A stretch of DNA of 64,000 bases, taken from assembly GCA_025558095.1 (NCBI GenBank), contig JAIVFI010000033.1, positions 1 through 64,000 of the forward strand, read 5' to 3'. The translations under genes and the position numbers were made by a program. Below are positions 10,054-21,149 of this stretch, piece by piece (position 1 is the first letter of the stretch; the number at the start of each line of letters is the position of its first letter). The stretch comes from Hyaloraphidium curvatum SAG 235-1. Its lineage: Eukaryota; Fungi; Monoblepharomycota. The notes beneath the pieces are model-generated. The model did not search any database. It saw only the letters and a program-made list of their open reading frames with translations, and was not told the DNA's origin.

Positions 10054-12237
10054 ATGGCCACCCCGCAGCGCATCGCGCTCTCTGCCTACTCGCAGCTCGT
10101 TGCCGATGCCTGGAAGCGCAGCCCGGTGGCGCCGGCGGGCGCGGCGCCGTACGCGGGCCTCGTGGAGCGGGCGGCGAAGCTCCTCGCGCGCCAGGCCGCC
10201 CTGTCGGAGCCCGGATTCCGCCTGCCGAAGTCCGCCTCGACGGAGCAGCTGAGAGCACACGTGAAGCTGCTGATGACCGTGCGGGGTGCCGGCGAGCCCG
10301 GGGACGACGGCGAGGCCGAGGCGCGGGACGCCGTGAGCGAGCTCCTCGCGGCAGAGGCCGCCCAGCTGGCCTCCGAAGGGGCGCTCGTCGACGTGTCCAA
10401 CTTCACTCCCTTTGCCCTGGAAAAGGATCCGGAACGCCCGCCCTCCAGCTTGTCGGCCTTCGAGCGGCGGGCCTTCCTGCACCGCGGCGACATCACGCTG
10501 CTCTCGGACCTCCATTCGGCGCCCCGCCCGCCCTCGCTCGGCATAGTCAACGCCGCCAACTCGGCGCTGCTCGGCTGCTTCCGCCCGAATCACCCGTGCA
10601 TCGACAACGCCATCCACTGCGCCGCCGGGCCCGGCCTCCGGGACGCCTGCCACGCCTACATGGCCCGCTTCCGGACGCAGCCCGGGGGGGAGCCCGTGGG
10701 CACGGCCGTGGTGACGCCCGGGTTCTCGCTGCTACACCGGGGCATCTCGCACGTCGTGCACACGGTCGGGCCCCAGGTCCCCCAAGGGAGGCGGCCTTCG
10801 CCGGCAGACGCGGAGCTCCTCGCCTCGTGCTACCGCCACGCGCTCGATGCCGCCCTCGAGGCCGGCCTGCGGAACCTCGCCCTGTGCTCGATATCGACGG
10901 GTGTGTTTGGCTACCCCGTCGTCGAGGCCACCGAGATTGCGGTCAGCACCGTGCGCGACTGGGTCGAGGAGCGCGACCTGCCCGAGGGCGTGCTGGACCG
11001 AATCATCTTTGACGTCTTTTCAGAGAGGGATCTCGATGTCTACCGCCAGGCATTGTCGGCCCTCGATTCCGCGGCGGCTGTGGACGGCGAGGCTTCGCAC
11101 GGGGAGTCGGACCTCGATGAGCTGGATGAAGAACTCGAAGAAAGCGACGACGAGGGACACGAGCACGACCATGACCATGACGGGCACGATCACGACGGGC
11201 ACGACCACGGACACGACCACGCAGGACACATCCGCTACTTCGGCCAGGACTACGTCTCCTCGCTGCCGGCCGACAACCCCGCCAACATCGCCAAGGCGGT
11301 CGCGATCCTGCGCGAGGCCGACGCGGTCGTCATCGCCGCGGGCGCAGGGCTGTCGGCCGCCGCGGGGCTCGACTACACCAGCACCTCGGTGTTCAGGAAG
11401 CATTTCCCGGGGATGCTGCAGTACGGCTTCCGCAGGTTCTACGACTTCATCGGCTTCACGGACTGGCCCGAGGACGGCGGCCGCCTGCAGTGGGGTTACT
11501 TCCTCTCCCAGGTCGACCTCGCCGCCTACCGCTGGCCCCGCTCGCCCACCATCTACGGCAAGCTCTTCGACCTGGCCGCCGCCGTCCGCGGGGCCGAGTC
11601 GACCCCCGCCGGATCGCACCGCCCCTTCTTCGTCGTGACCACCAACGCCGACAACATGTTCCTGCAGAACGGCTTTCCGGAGGACCGCATCTTCACCCCC
11701 CAGGGCAGCTACCGCCTCCTGCAGTGCCTCAAGCCGTGCCGCCCCGACGCCCTCTTCCCCACCTCGGACTCCATCTCCGCCGCGCGCGTCCGCGAGGGCG
11801 GCGTGGACCCCTGGACGATGCAGCTCCGCGACCCCTCCGCCGTGCCAAAGTGCCCATTCTGCGGCGGCGAGGTGTTCATGAACGTGCGCGGGGGGAACTG
11901 GTTCCTGGAGGGGCACCTCGCCGCGCAGCGCGTGGCGTTCGCCGAGTTCGTGGAGCGCTTCAGGGAGGAGGGGAAGAAGCTCGCGGTGCTGGACATCGGG
12001 ACGGGGTTCAACACGCCCGGGGTGGTGCGGCTGCCGATGGAGCGGATCACGGCGGCGTGGGGGGACAAGGGATGGGCCAAGTTGATTCGGATCAACGCGG
12101 ACAGGTGGGAGGTTCCCAAGGGGTTGGCTCAGCGAGGCAGGGCGGTGGGGATCGGAGGGGATGGATGGGGGGCGGAGAGGGTGCTGGGGGAGTTGCACCG
12201 AGGTGTGCTTGGTGGGGAGGTGGAGGCGGAGAGCTGA
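10054..12237 (+). CDS. Zn-macrodomain + class M sirtuin (SirTM) fusion, Mfs1-like ADP-ribosylation enzyme
   Basis: Macro: GDIT, IVNAANSALLGCFRPNHPCIDNAIH (C-x4-H-x-C), VVHTVGP, ISTGVFGYP. Sirtuin: AGAGLS, TTNAD, PQG (Gln in place of the catalytic His), CLKPC/CPFC zinc ribbon, GTGFNTP. Single exon. Confidence 0.92.
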   Translation: MATPQRIALSAYSQLVADAWKRSPVAPAGAAPYAGLVERAAKLLARQAALSEPGFRLPKSASTEQLRAHVKLLMTVRGAGEPGDDGEAEARDAVSELLAAEAAQLASEGALVDVSNFTPFALEKDPERPPSSLSAFERRAFLHRGDITLLSDLHSAPRPPSLGIVNAANSALLGCFRPNHPCIDNAIHCAAGPGLRDACHAYMARFRTQPGGEPVGTAVVTPGFSLLHRGISHVVHTVGPQVPQGRRPSPADAELLASCYRHALDAALEAGLRNLALCSISTGVFGYPVVEATEIAVSTVRDWVEERDLPEGVLDRIIFDVFSERDLDVYRQALSALDSAAAVDGEASHGESDLDELDEELEESDDEGHEHDHDHDGHDHDGHDHGHDHAGHIRYFGQDYVSSLPADNPANIAKAVAILREADAVVIAAGAGLSAAAGLDYTSTSVFRKHFPGMLQYGFRRFYDFIGFTDWPEDGGRLQWGYFLSQVDLAAYRWPRSPTIYGKLFDLAAAVRGAESTPAGSHRPFFVVTTNADNMFLQNGFPEDRIFTPQGSYRLLQCLKPCRPDALFPTSDSISAARVREGGVDPWTMQLRDPSAVPKCPFCGGEVFMNVRGGNWFLEGHLAAQRVAFAEFVERFREEGKKLAVLDIGTGFNTPGVVRLPMERITAAWGDKGWAKLIRINADRWEVPKGLAQRGRAVGIGGDGWGAERVLGELHRGVLGGEVEAES

Positions 12238-12799
12238 GGCGCAGGTCGGCCCTTCGTTTGCTTGACTATACCTGGCCTGCAGCTGTAGATCTTGAATGTA
12301 TTGCCTTCGTGGCTGCTTTTTGCAGCTATAGATCAGTGACAATCTCATCCGAGCTTCCGACGTCGCGAACACTGCTTACACTCCGGAGCCACCTCGGGAA
12401 CCTGCTTTGTCCGTCCGCCAGTCCAAAAAGCAGGCAACTTCTTCGTTCCCCTCCGTTGTCCGACTTGGCCTGTGCCGCGGGATCCCTCGGGCCGACGTCA
12501 CAGCACGCCTGACGATTGAACTCGTCCTGATTTTGGAGGGGCGAGGTCACCGGTTTCACGGCAGCCTCCTTTCGAAGCAGTCGGACTCGAGAAGGGGAAC
12601 AATTGCCCCGCGCTACGATGTTCGCGGATCGCCGCTTACTTTCACGATCATCGCGCTCAGCGCCTGTGGTTAACAAGAGATATGATCGAGCTCCGGCGTC
12701 CCTAAGGACGCGAAGGGTCTTTTGAAGTGAACTCTTCTTCCGCTCACAACCCCACCTGCTCGACATAGAGACCGCGGACGCTTGGCCAACGTCCCCTCA

Positions 12800-14221
12800 A
12801 TGACTGATCTCGCGGCTGCCATGCCCTCCTGGGGCGGCGGCGCCGGACGAGCGTCGAGGACCGCCGACGTTCACCCCCTGGTGCGCCGCGTTGTCAGGGA
12901 CCCGACCTCAAATGCGTTACTCCTCGCCGTGGCGCTGGACCGGGCGGACATGTTGGAGAGCCTTATTGAAGCGGCGCCGGACGTCTACACCTCCGATGTG
13001 TTCAGGAGCGACCGGCAAGCCGTCGTCGACTCCGAGGAGGGCAGGCCCAACGTCAGGATCTTTACGTTGGAGCAATTCGCGGCGGAAGTCGGTTCCGTCG
13101 GCGTAATAAAGCTGCTCAAGAGCAGCTTCGGTCGGTTCGCCGACCCCGGGACGCTCCTTGTAAAGGCCTTGAACACCCTTCATTCCGTCGCGGTCGCCCT
13201 TTGGCTCCTCTCCGACGAAGATGTCGTTGAGCTGCTCGCACAGCATCAGATTGCCGCTGTCGAGGTTGTGTTCGCCGCCCTTCGCTGCATGTTGTTCATT
13301 GTGGACCTCGACGGAGCCCGGGCCCTGGCAAAGGCGTGCGTGCCGCTCGTTTCTTCCATCGCGGGATTTCCGCGAGCAGATGACTACACTACCTTGGGCT
13401 CGTACATTCGTATGTGCCCACCAGGACACCTACGCGCTGTTCTGCCGTCTCTTTGCAAAGATCTTCGGCTGGGGCCAAAGGCAACGTCAGAGAAGGACAT
13501 ATTCCCCGCTCTCCTGGACGAACCGTTTTCGGACGATCTTCAACTCAGCATGCAGCTACCACCGGAGAAACCCTTGATTGATCTGCTTCGCGACCGCTCC
13601 CGCGTCTTCCTCGCCCTGCTCGAAGCTCCCTCCCTTCGCGACGCCGAGCGCCGGATGATTGCCAAGCGGTACGCCGCCGCGTGCGAAGAACAGTTCAAGG
13701 ACCCCTCTTTCTTTGCCAGGCTCAGGTCTCTGGGGTTGTACGCGCCGACCGCCGGATCCCTGGCCCGCTTCCTCACCCGGCCGCGGTTCCGATACGGGGA
13801 GAACGTCCAGTTGCTGGGCTTTCTGAAAAGCGCCATGACGGAGCCCGAATCCCGGCGCGACTTTTTCCGCACCGTACGCTGGGCTCTGGAGAACCACCCT
13901 GCTCCGCCCGAATCGTCGCACATGGTTCTTGCCATCCACCAGCTTGCGCACAGGGACGGCTTCGAGGACCTGCTCCACTCCCTCCTCTGCCTCCTGATGT
14001 TCAAGGGGGCTGACTCGACGGACTACCTCCTTCGCGATGCCGTTCTTGGCACCGATACCTTGACCGGCCGGCTGCTTCCGGGCTTCGCGGATGATGTTAC
14101 CGAGGTCAAGCAATGGATGAGGTGGGTGCAGAACGGCCACATCGGCAAGTTACCTCCGGAGCTCGCGGAGATGGTGGCGATCCAGGTATGGGAGGACGCG
14201 GCGGCAGCGTGTGTACCTTGA
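12800..14221 (+). CDS. Hypothetical helical protein (weak ankyrin-like N-terminus; start may be 12821)
   Basis: Long ORF with normal amino-acid composition. LLLAVALDRADMLESLIE and FAAEVGSVGVIKLL are weakly ankyrin-like. C-terminal LPPELAEMV. Confidence 0.6.
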   Translation: MTDLAAAMPSWGGGAGRASRTADVHPLVRRVVRDPTSNALLLAVALDRADMLESLIEAAPDVYTSDVFRSDRQAVVDSEEGRPNVRIFTLEQFAAEVGSVGVIKLLKSSFGRFADPGTLLVKALNTLHSVAVALWLLSDEDVVELLAQHQIAAVEVVFAALRCMLFIVDLDGARALAKACVPLVSSIAGFPRADDYTTLGSYIRMCPPGHLRAVLPSLCKDLRLGPKATSEKDIFPALLDEPFSDDLQLSMQLPPEKPLIDLLRDRSRVFLALLEAPSLRDAERRMIAKRYAAACEEQFKDPSFFARLRSLGLYAPTAGSLARFLTRPRFRYGENVQLLGFLKSAMTEPESRRDFFRTVRWALENHPAPPESSHMVLAIHQLAHRDGFEDLLHSLLCLLMFKGADSTDYLLRDAVLGTDTLTGRLLPGFADDVTEVKQWMRWVQNGHIGKLPPELAEMVAIQVWEDAAAACVP

Positions 14222-14448
14222 CTTTGCGTTCTCACGGCTCCAAGAACGCTAGTGGAGCGCCTTGTACGTAGCTTGATCACAAAGTTGCCATCTTCAACAT
14301 CGTTGAGCTGTGCTCGATTGTCCTTTGTTCAACCTCGATCGAAAGGTGAGCAATCGTACTGACCGCCGGCGCGGCGCGTCACGTCGAGTTCGCGAGGGAC
14401 CATCTTTCCATCGCTGCCGGCGCGCTTTCGCGGCACGAAAGGCGCAAA

Positions 14449-16454
14449 ATGGCGTCGCCTTCGGACGCTCCGGCGACTTCGGAGTCGCTGGCCGTGCCGG
14501 TGGCGTCGGGCGGCGCGGACACGGCGGGCGGCACGGGGAGCGTGGCGACGCCGCTCCCGCCACGCTATTCGGTCGAGTTTGGGCGCCGAAACCCGCCGCC
14601 GACGCGGCGGCCGCCTGTCGCCGAAGAGCCAGCGTCGCCCACTGCCTCGGATGGGGACAACGGAGGGACAGCCGAGGAGGGAGCGGACGCGGCGGCGGCA
14701 GACGCGCCACCCGCCGCGGACGACGCCGGCTCGCAGTCGTCCTCGGAGCCGCTGCTGCCCTCGGACCTCGTTTTCTACGTGTCGCAGATGACTCTGATCC
14801 TGATCCCGGTGCTGTGGTGCATCGTGCTGTCGATCCTGTGGGTCAAGATTGCGCGGTCGCCGGACGCCGGGGGCTACGCGCCGTCCGCGATCAACTACGT
14901 GGGCGGCGGCACCATGGACGGCGGTACTGGGAGCCCGGTTGAAGGGCTCGTCAACGCCATGATTATTTTGAGCCAGGTGGGCCCCGTTGATGACGTGGTG
15001 GTCCGACAGCGAGCGTTGACCGCGTTCCTCTTGCCCAGGTCATTGTTGCGACAATCATTATCCTTATTCTGTTCAAGTACAACTGCATGAAGGTCAGAAA
15101 CCGGATCTGAACCGCCGTTTGCCTCGGAACCTGACGTCCGTTCGCCCTAGGTCCTGTTTGGCTTCTTTGCCCTCGTCGTGCTCGTCCTCCTCGGCCTCTT
15201 TGGCTACCTCCTCCTCGCCGCGATCCTCACCCGCCTCAACATCGGCATGGACTGGATCACCTTCGCCCTCTGCCTCTGGAACTTGGCCATGGTCGGCCTG
15301 GTCTCCATCTTCTACAAGGGCCCGCTGTGGATCCAGCAGGCCTACCTCGTGGTCATGTCGAGCCTCATGGCCTTCAGCTTCACGGGGCTGGACGAGTGGA
15401 CGACGTGGCTGCTGCTCGGGCTGCTCGCCATTTGGGACCTGGTCGCGGTGCTGGCCCCGTTCGGGCCGCTGAGGCTGCTGATCGAGAGCTCGAGGCAGAA
15501 CAACCGCGAGATCCCGGCGCTGCTCTACTCAGGTATGCCGTCGCGTTCGTCTGTCATCCTCACGGGCTCATTTCATCCTTCTCAGCTGCTGTATGGCTCA
15601 TGGCATCGCTGGGTTCGGACCCCGTTGAGGACGCGGACCCGTCGCCCGCACCGGCCGCCGCTGACCTCGGCGACGATTCCCCGTCGCCGGATCCCGCCTC
15701 GAACGCCGCCACGGTCTCGGCAGCAGGGGTCGACACCACCCTCCCCGCGCTTCTCAAGACCAACTCGGACATTTCCCTCGACTCGACCACTGAGCGCCAG
15801 ATCGCCGCCGAATCCTCCCCGACCACGGACCCCACCTCCGCTGTCCTCCTCCGCCCCATCCGCCCCGAATCCCCGGACCACCCCTCGGACGCCGGGTCGG
15901 CCAACAGCACCTCTCACCTCGCCCCCGAGCGCACCGTGTCGCGGGTGCATCCGCTCGAGGGGCTCGTCTCGGAGGAAGAACTCGAGGGCCGCGCGGGACA
16001 GGGCGAGTCGCTGCCCTCGTACAACGCCGCGGCACGGCAGCGCGGTCCCACGGACGGCCCCGCGGAGGAGGAGGACGAGGAGGACGCGGCAAGGTCGGGG
16101 CTCAAGCTCGGCCTGGGGGACTTTGTGTTTTACTCGGTGATGGTCTCGCGCGCCGCCATGAGGGACTGGGTGACCACCATCTGCGTCTCGCTGGCCGCCA
16201 TCTCCGGCCTCATCTCGACCATCTTCCTCCTCGTGCTGTTCCGCAAGGCCCTCCCGGCGCTGCCCATCTCGATCGCCCTGGGGATCATCTTCTACTTCGC
16301 TTCGACGGCCGTGGTCGTGCCATGGGTGCTCGAGGGATTCTATGGGGGGGTGCCGTGGAACGCGGGGATGGCCGAGGGGATGCGGAACCAGTGGGAGGCC
16401 GAGGGGGTGTCGCTGTTCCCGGGGATGTGGACGGGAGGGGTCGTGTATGCCTAA
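14449..16454 (+). CDS. Presenilin (gamma-secretase catalytic subunit, peptidase A22A); exons 14449-14976, 15039-15092, 15151-15532, 15586-16454
   Basis: LQQAYL-like WIQQAYL, LAIWDLVAVLAPFGPLRLLIE (first Asp), KLGLGDFVFYS (GxGD), KALPALPISI (PALP). Three GT-AG introns keep the frame. Confidence 0.95.
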
Positions 16455-16536
16455 TTCGCGGTGTGGATCTATCTCACTACATCGCGTCGCACATGAAGGT
16501 GCCCCTATCTTTTGCCTTCTTTGTCCAAGCTGCCTT

Positions 16537-17634
16537 CTAGAGCGAGATGCTCGCGCGAGCCCACGCTTCCTCGGCGAGCGCGTCCCAGAAGGGACGTTCG
16601 TTGTTCCAGTCCCGGGCGCCCCAGTAGTCCCCCTCGATCTTGATTTCGATAAGCCAAAGCTTGTCCATGCGTCGCAAGGCCGTGCGAAGCTGCTCTCTGG
16701 CGGCCTCCTGGCTGAGCGTCCACCCGGGATTGATGAGGTGCAGCTCCTCGACCGCCCCCGGAAGACCATGAAGCACGTGGCAGTCGGTGCGTATGTTCTC
16801 GAAAGAAACCGTGCGTAGCGAAGGCATGGCTTCGTAGATTTTCCACCAAGCGCCGAAATTGGTGTCCGCCAGACCATTGTTGAAGCAGCGAGCTTTTGTG
16901 ACAACCAGGTTCCGGAGCTTCAGCCCAGGAAGGACCGCCAGCGCCTCCAGAACACTCGGCCAGCCCTGAACACTGCTGAGCAAGCCAACGATCTTGGCGG
17001 GGAAGAGCTCGAGATGCATCGTCTCCACCCGCGGTCGATAGAAGCGGTGCTTGTAGGAGTCGACGGCGATGGTCCATTCCTGCAGGACAGCGGGTGCCCT
17101 CGAAGCCAAGTCCCACACTGCCGGTAGGTCATCAAAATCGGCGACGGCGAGCTCCAGCTTGCGGACTCCGACGGGGATCTCGATCCTTCGCACCGCGTTC
17201 TTGGATCCAGCGTCGCAGCGCAGCTCGAGGTAACGCAGGTTCTTGGCCTTCCCCATCGCGCGCACGATGGCCGTGCCAGAGCTGCCGCCGCAGATCCCGA
17301 CCGAGAGCTCCACGAGGTTGTGCGCGACAAGCTTGAGCAGATCCAGCTGCAGCTTGGCCGAGGTCTTTCCACCGCCCATGCTCAGCCCGAGCTGACGCAG
17401 CGCCGCCGCCTTGTCCGCGCCGTCCTTGCTTGTGAGAGATCGCAGCAGCCTGTCCGATGGCGTCTCGAGGCGGCGGTACAGCAGCGGCAACGCGGCGGCG
17501 CGGAGGGCACGGCACACGCGCGCGAGGCGAGCGAGGGACGCGCGGTCGCCGCCGGCGAGCAGCGCCTCGCCGATGGCAGAAAGGAGCTCGGCGGGCATGC
17601 TGGCGAGGGCGGGAACGGGCGCGGCGACGGACAT
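16537..17634 (-). CDS. F-box/RNI-like LRR protein
   Basis: N-terminal LASMPAELLSAIGEAL...LARVCRALRAAALPLLYR (F-box-like), then LxxLxL repeats (LRQLGL, LVELSV, LRYLEL, VEELHL). Confidence 0.75.
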   Translation of the reverse strand: MSVAAPVPALASMPAELLSAIGEALLAGGDRASLARLARVCRALRAAALPLLYRRLETPSDRLLRSLTSKDGADKAAALRQLGLSMGGGKTSAKLQLDLLKLVAHNLVELSVGICGGSSGTAIVRAMGKAKNLRYLELRCDAGSKNAVRRIEIPVGVRKLELAVADFDDLPAVWDLASRAPAVLQEWTIAVDSYKHRFYRPRVETMHLELFPAKIVGLLSSVQGWPSVLEALAVLPGLKLRNLVVTKARCFNNGLADTNFGAWWKIYEAMPSLRTVSFENIRTDCHVLHGLPGAVEELHLINPGWTLSQEAAREQLRTALRRMDKLWLIEIKIEGDYWGARDWNNERPFWDALAEEAWARASISL

Positions 17635-17914
17635 GGTGGGAGGTGGTGCGAGTGGGACTTCAGGCCCGTTTCGAGGCGAACCATGGATCCGCTCGAACAA
17701 GACCTGCTACATTTCATCAATCCGTTCAACTCAATCAGCTGATTACAAGACGCAAGAGCTCGCCCAGATCCGATCCCGACCCGTAGCCAAAAGACTCGCG
17801 ACTGCTACTCGCCCCCCGAAGACGTCCGCAGCACGGCTCCGATCTCCTCGATGCGGGTGGTGCCATGCACGTCCGGTCACGCGACTAGAGCGCGAGACTG
17901 GCCCGGTCCCAGGC

Positions 17915-18495
17915 TCACTGCGCCACGCCGCGCCAGAACGCCATCTCGCTCCCAGGATCGTCGTACGACGGAGCGCCCCGCGGCCAATTGATGTCCACCA
18001 ACCACAGCTTGTCCAAGACGAGCATCGCCGTGCGAACCTGCTCGCGCGTTTCTCCGACCCCAAGGCAGAACGTGGGATTGACGAGGTGGAGCTCCTCGAG
18101 CGCCGGAGGGAGCTGCTTCAGGACCGGCGAGACGAGCTTGCGCACGCTGCGAGGAATCTCCATCTTCCGCAGCACGTTGATGCATCCGAAATGGCAGACC
18201 AGCTCCAGGTAACGCAAGTTGGTCGTTCCCGAGCTCGGCGAGCACCGCCGCCCCGTCCTTGCCGCCACGGATGCCCACAGAAAGCTCCAGCAGGTTCGCT
18301 GCCACGAGGCCGAGGAGCTGGATCTGCACCCGCTTCGACGCGGACTGCTCCTTTTCGCCCCTCGTCTGGAGGCCCACCTGGCGCAGGGCCGCGGCTGCCT
18401 CCGCCCCCTTTGGCGAGGCCAGCCGGCGCAGCATATTGTAACTCGGCGTCTCGAGGCGGCGGAAGAGCACGGGGAGAACGGCGGCGCGCACTCGA
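17915..18495 (-). pseudogene. Degenerate tandem paralog of the F-box/LRR gene
   Basis: LPVLFRRLETPS..AAALRQVGL..LLELSVGIRGG, a frameshift, then NLRYLEL..EIPRSVRKL..LEELHLVNP..DKLWLVDI. Colinear with 16537-17634 but about 120 codons are missing and there is no in-strand F-box or start. Confidence 0.75.
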
Positions 18496-18610
18496 ATGGT
18501 AAAGAGTCGTTGCCGGCAGTGCCGCCCGAGATTCTCGGCCAAATCGCAGCCGTGCTCGCGACACGTCAGCGCCGCCGGACGCTCCTGGAGTTGATGCTGG
18601 CCTGCAAGCT
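18496..18610 (+). pseudogene. F-box fragment, opposite in orientation to the adjacent relic
   Basis: ESLPAVPPEILGQIAAVLATRQRRRTLLELMLACKL; no in-frame ATG nearby. Confidence 0.55.
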
Positions 18611-18985
18611 AGCAGTTCTTTGGTCTCAGGCACCCCTTTCCGCGCCCCTTAAGATTCTCGGTCCGGATCACGAGACAGACCGGACGGCGGCCGGCAAACT
18701 GCGCCTGCTCGCGACAGGGTACTCGATCTGCGAGGGGACGGAGGATGTTTCGTCCGGGCGGTTCACGTGCGGAGCGCGTCGCTCGTCCGGCGACGCAGAA
18801 ACATGCTGCCTACCGTTGCACGGGCCGCGGGGCGCGCTAAGGAGGTGATCATCAGCTTCTCGGATATAGTGGGCAGAATGGCCGGGCAGGACCATGAAGT
18901 GCTCCACAGAATCCTGCGTGGGGACAACGACATTGAATCTCTAACGCATCGGATTGATGCGTCCTGCATTTAGCAACTTTTCAAT

Positions 18986-21015
18986 TTAGCTCTGCAGAAC
19001 CCCAGCACAAAAAGCCGTGATCACGGCCGCAACCGGGACAGCGATCAACGCGCGGGCAGCCGATGTCGCAGCCGTTGGCCTTGCAACGATCGCGCTCCCC
19101 GTAGCCGACGAGCACGGCCGGTCCGCTGCCTCCGACCCGCTCAGCACGGCGACCGCCAGCGCGCACCAACCTTCTGCCCGTTCGGGACACACCATTCCGC
19201 CTCCATCGGCCTGGGGTTCCCCCGGGGCCAGGATGCTGCATGCCGCATCCGTGTACCAAGAGCATCTCTGTCCGTCGGGGCCGCGGCACTGCGCGACTCT
19301 GCCCGCGGCCCGCACGGCGACGAAGTTGCCATTGTCGTTGCAGGAGCGGACGCAGGTCCACGGGGGGGGTTGCGCCGCCGGGGTTGGGGAGGGAGGGGTG
19401 ATCGCAGTCGAGGCGGGCTGGGTCTGTTCCGGCGTGGGGGCGCCGTTGATAAAGTCCCATTCCGGGCGATGCAAGAACCAGGACTCGCTCAATGCGCAGC
19501 GCAGGGCAAGATCCTCACAGGGGAAAGGCAGATTGCCATCGCTGCCAGGAAAAGGCGTCTGCATGTCCGCCGGAATGCACACGTACCCTTCCGAGCCATC
19601 GTTCCGGCGAGTCGGGCACGATCTCCCACAACTGGCTTCCCTGATCGGCCCCGCACGTAACAACAAGTCTGGCTTCCGGGAGCCCTCGCTGCAACTCTCA
19701 TCCCCGTAGGCAAAGCAGCTCCCGGAGCCCTGGCCGAGGCACTGGTACGTGTCCCTTCCGTCGGCATCGACGTGACGGAACATCAAAAAAGTCTGCTTGC
19801 AGTATGCGTGGCCCAGGCAGTGCCAATCCGACTTTGGAGACACAGTGCGCGCCGGTCCCGGAGTGGTCGTCGTCGACGTGCGCGTCGGTGTCACGAATGG
19901 TCTGCCTGGGCAGTCGTAGCTCGGGTCCGCACCACGGAACGCTGCGTCGCCGGCGACCTTGCACCACCCCGAATTCGTCTGGGTGCACGTCATCCCGAGC
20001 TGCTCATCGCCGTTGTGCGGCACGTACGGCTCCGGTTCGCCCGGAGCGAGGATGGATAGGCCCACGTCCGTGTCTGCGGTGAGAAACATGTGAGCCTCGG
20101 ATGAGCAGTTGACGGAAGCTAAGGCACCCCACACCAGGAACACCGCGGCGGCGTTGCGCCATATTGCGTGCCAGGTCCGAGGCACTGAACCATGTCATAC
20201 CCGGCCCGCCGGATCGCGAGGTAGTTGCCGCCATCCTCGCAGGAGCGAATGGCGATCCAGGGCCCGTAGTACCTGGTGTCAATCGAGGTCTCGGTGACGT
20301 TTGGGCACGAAGCCGGCTTGAGCTGCTTCCAGAGGTAGCTCGCGACGTCGCCACACCATGCGGAATCGGACATAGAAGTCGAGTTCCACGTGATGTTTTC
20401 CAGGCCGGCCTCTGCCAGGGTGGTTCCCCCGGGCCTGTACCCCACGTCGTTGCGCCCCTGGCAGGATGCCCCACCTTTTTTCCTTTCCGGCTCCCCGTTC
20501 AAAGCGTTGGAGCAGAAAGGATCCGAGTAGAGGGTGCAGGTACCCGGCGCTGGCCCTATACAGCCCGTTTGGGCGTAGTACTCCGGCTGCGAAAAGGCCC
20601 CGCCCTTCACGAACTCGGTCACCCTGATCCAACGGCAACCGAGGGCGGGCGAGCGGACGCACGAGGTGCGCGGCCCTCCCGTGTCATTGTACTTGCCGCA
20701 GGCCGCGCCCCACGGCGACGCACGGCCCGCAAGGCGCCGCCGCCCGTAGTAGGACCCGTTGCCGTTGGAGCACCAGCCGACGCACTGCGAGACCTGAAGC
20801 TCGCCGTATGATGCAGTGCGCTCACTCCGGCAGACGAGGAAGCCGGTGGCGGGGTCGATGACCTCCCTCCATTTGGTAGCTGACCAGGAAGACGCAGCTC
20901 CGGGCCGACCAAGGAAGAGCAGGAGGAGGGCGAGCGCGACCGCCCCCGCGACCGTGAGGTCATGGCCGCGCCGCGCCGCAGCAGAGAAATTGGGGAGATG
21001 GGGTTTTGTCGCCAT
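18986..21015 (-). CDS. Secreted, probably GPI-anchored Cys-rich repeat protein (intron 20074-20132)
   Basis: Signal-like AVALALLLLFLG. About 4 repeats of W..R......QC.G....C..Y.D..CS....GEP. Hydrophobic C-terminus ALIAVPVAAVITAFCAGVLQS. Splicing gives RCSWYTD, matching the last repeat. Confidence 0.78.
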
Positions 21016-21149
21016 CTCGGGCGATATGGGTGTTCGCTTCAGTGGAGTCATTTCGGAGGGGGTGTGGGCGGAGCCACTTCTCCGGGATGGGCCTCGTCTC
21101 AACTCCCGTCTCCCACCGCCCGGCGATTTGCCGCCTTGCACGCACACCG

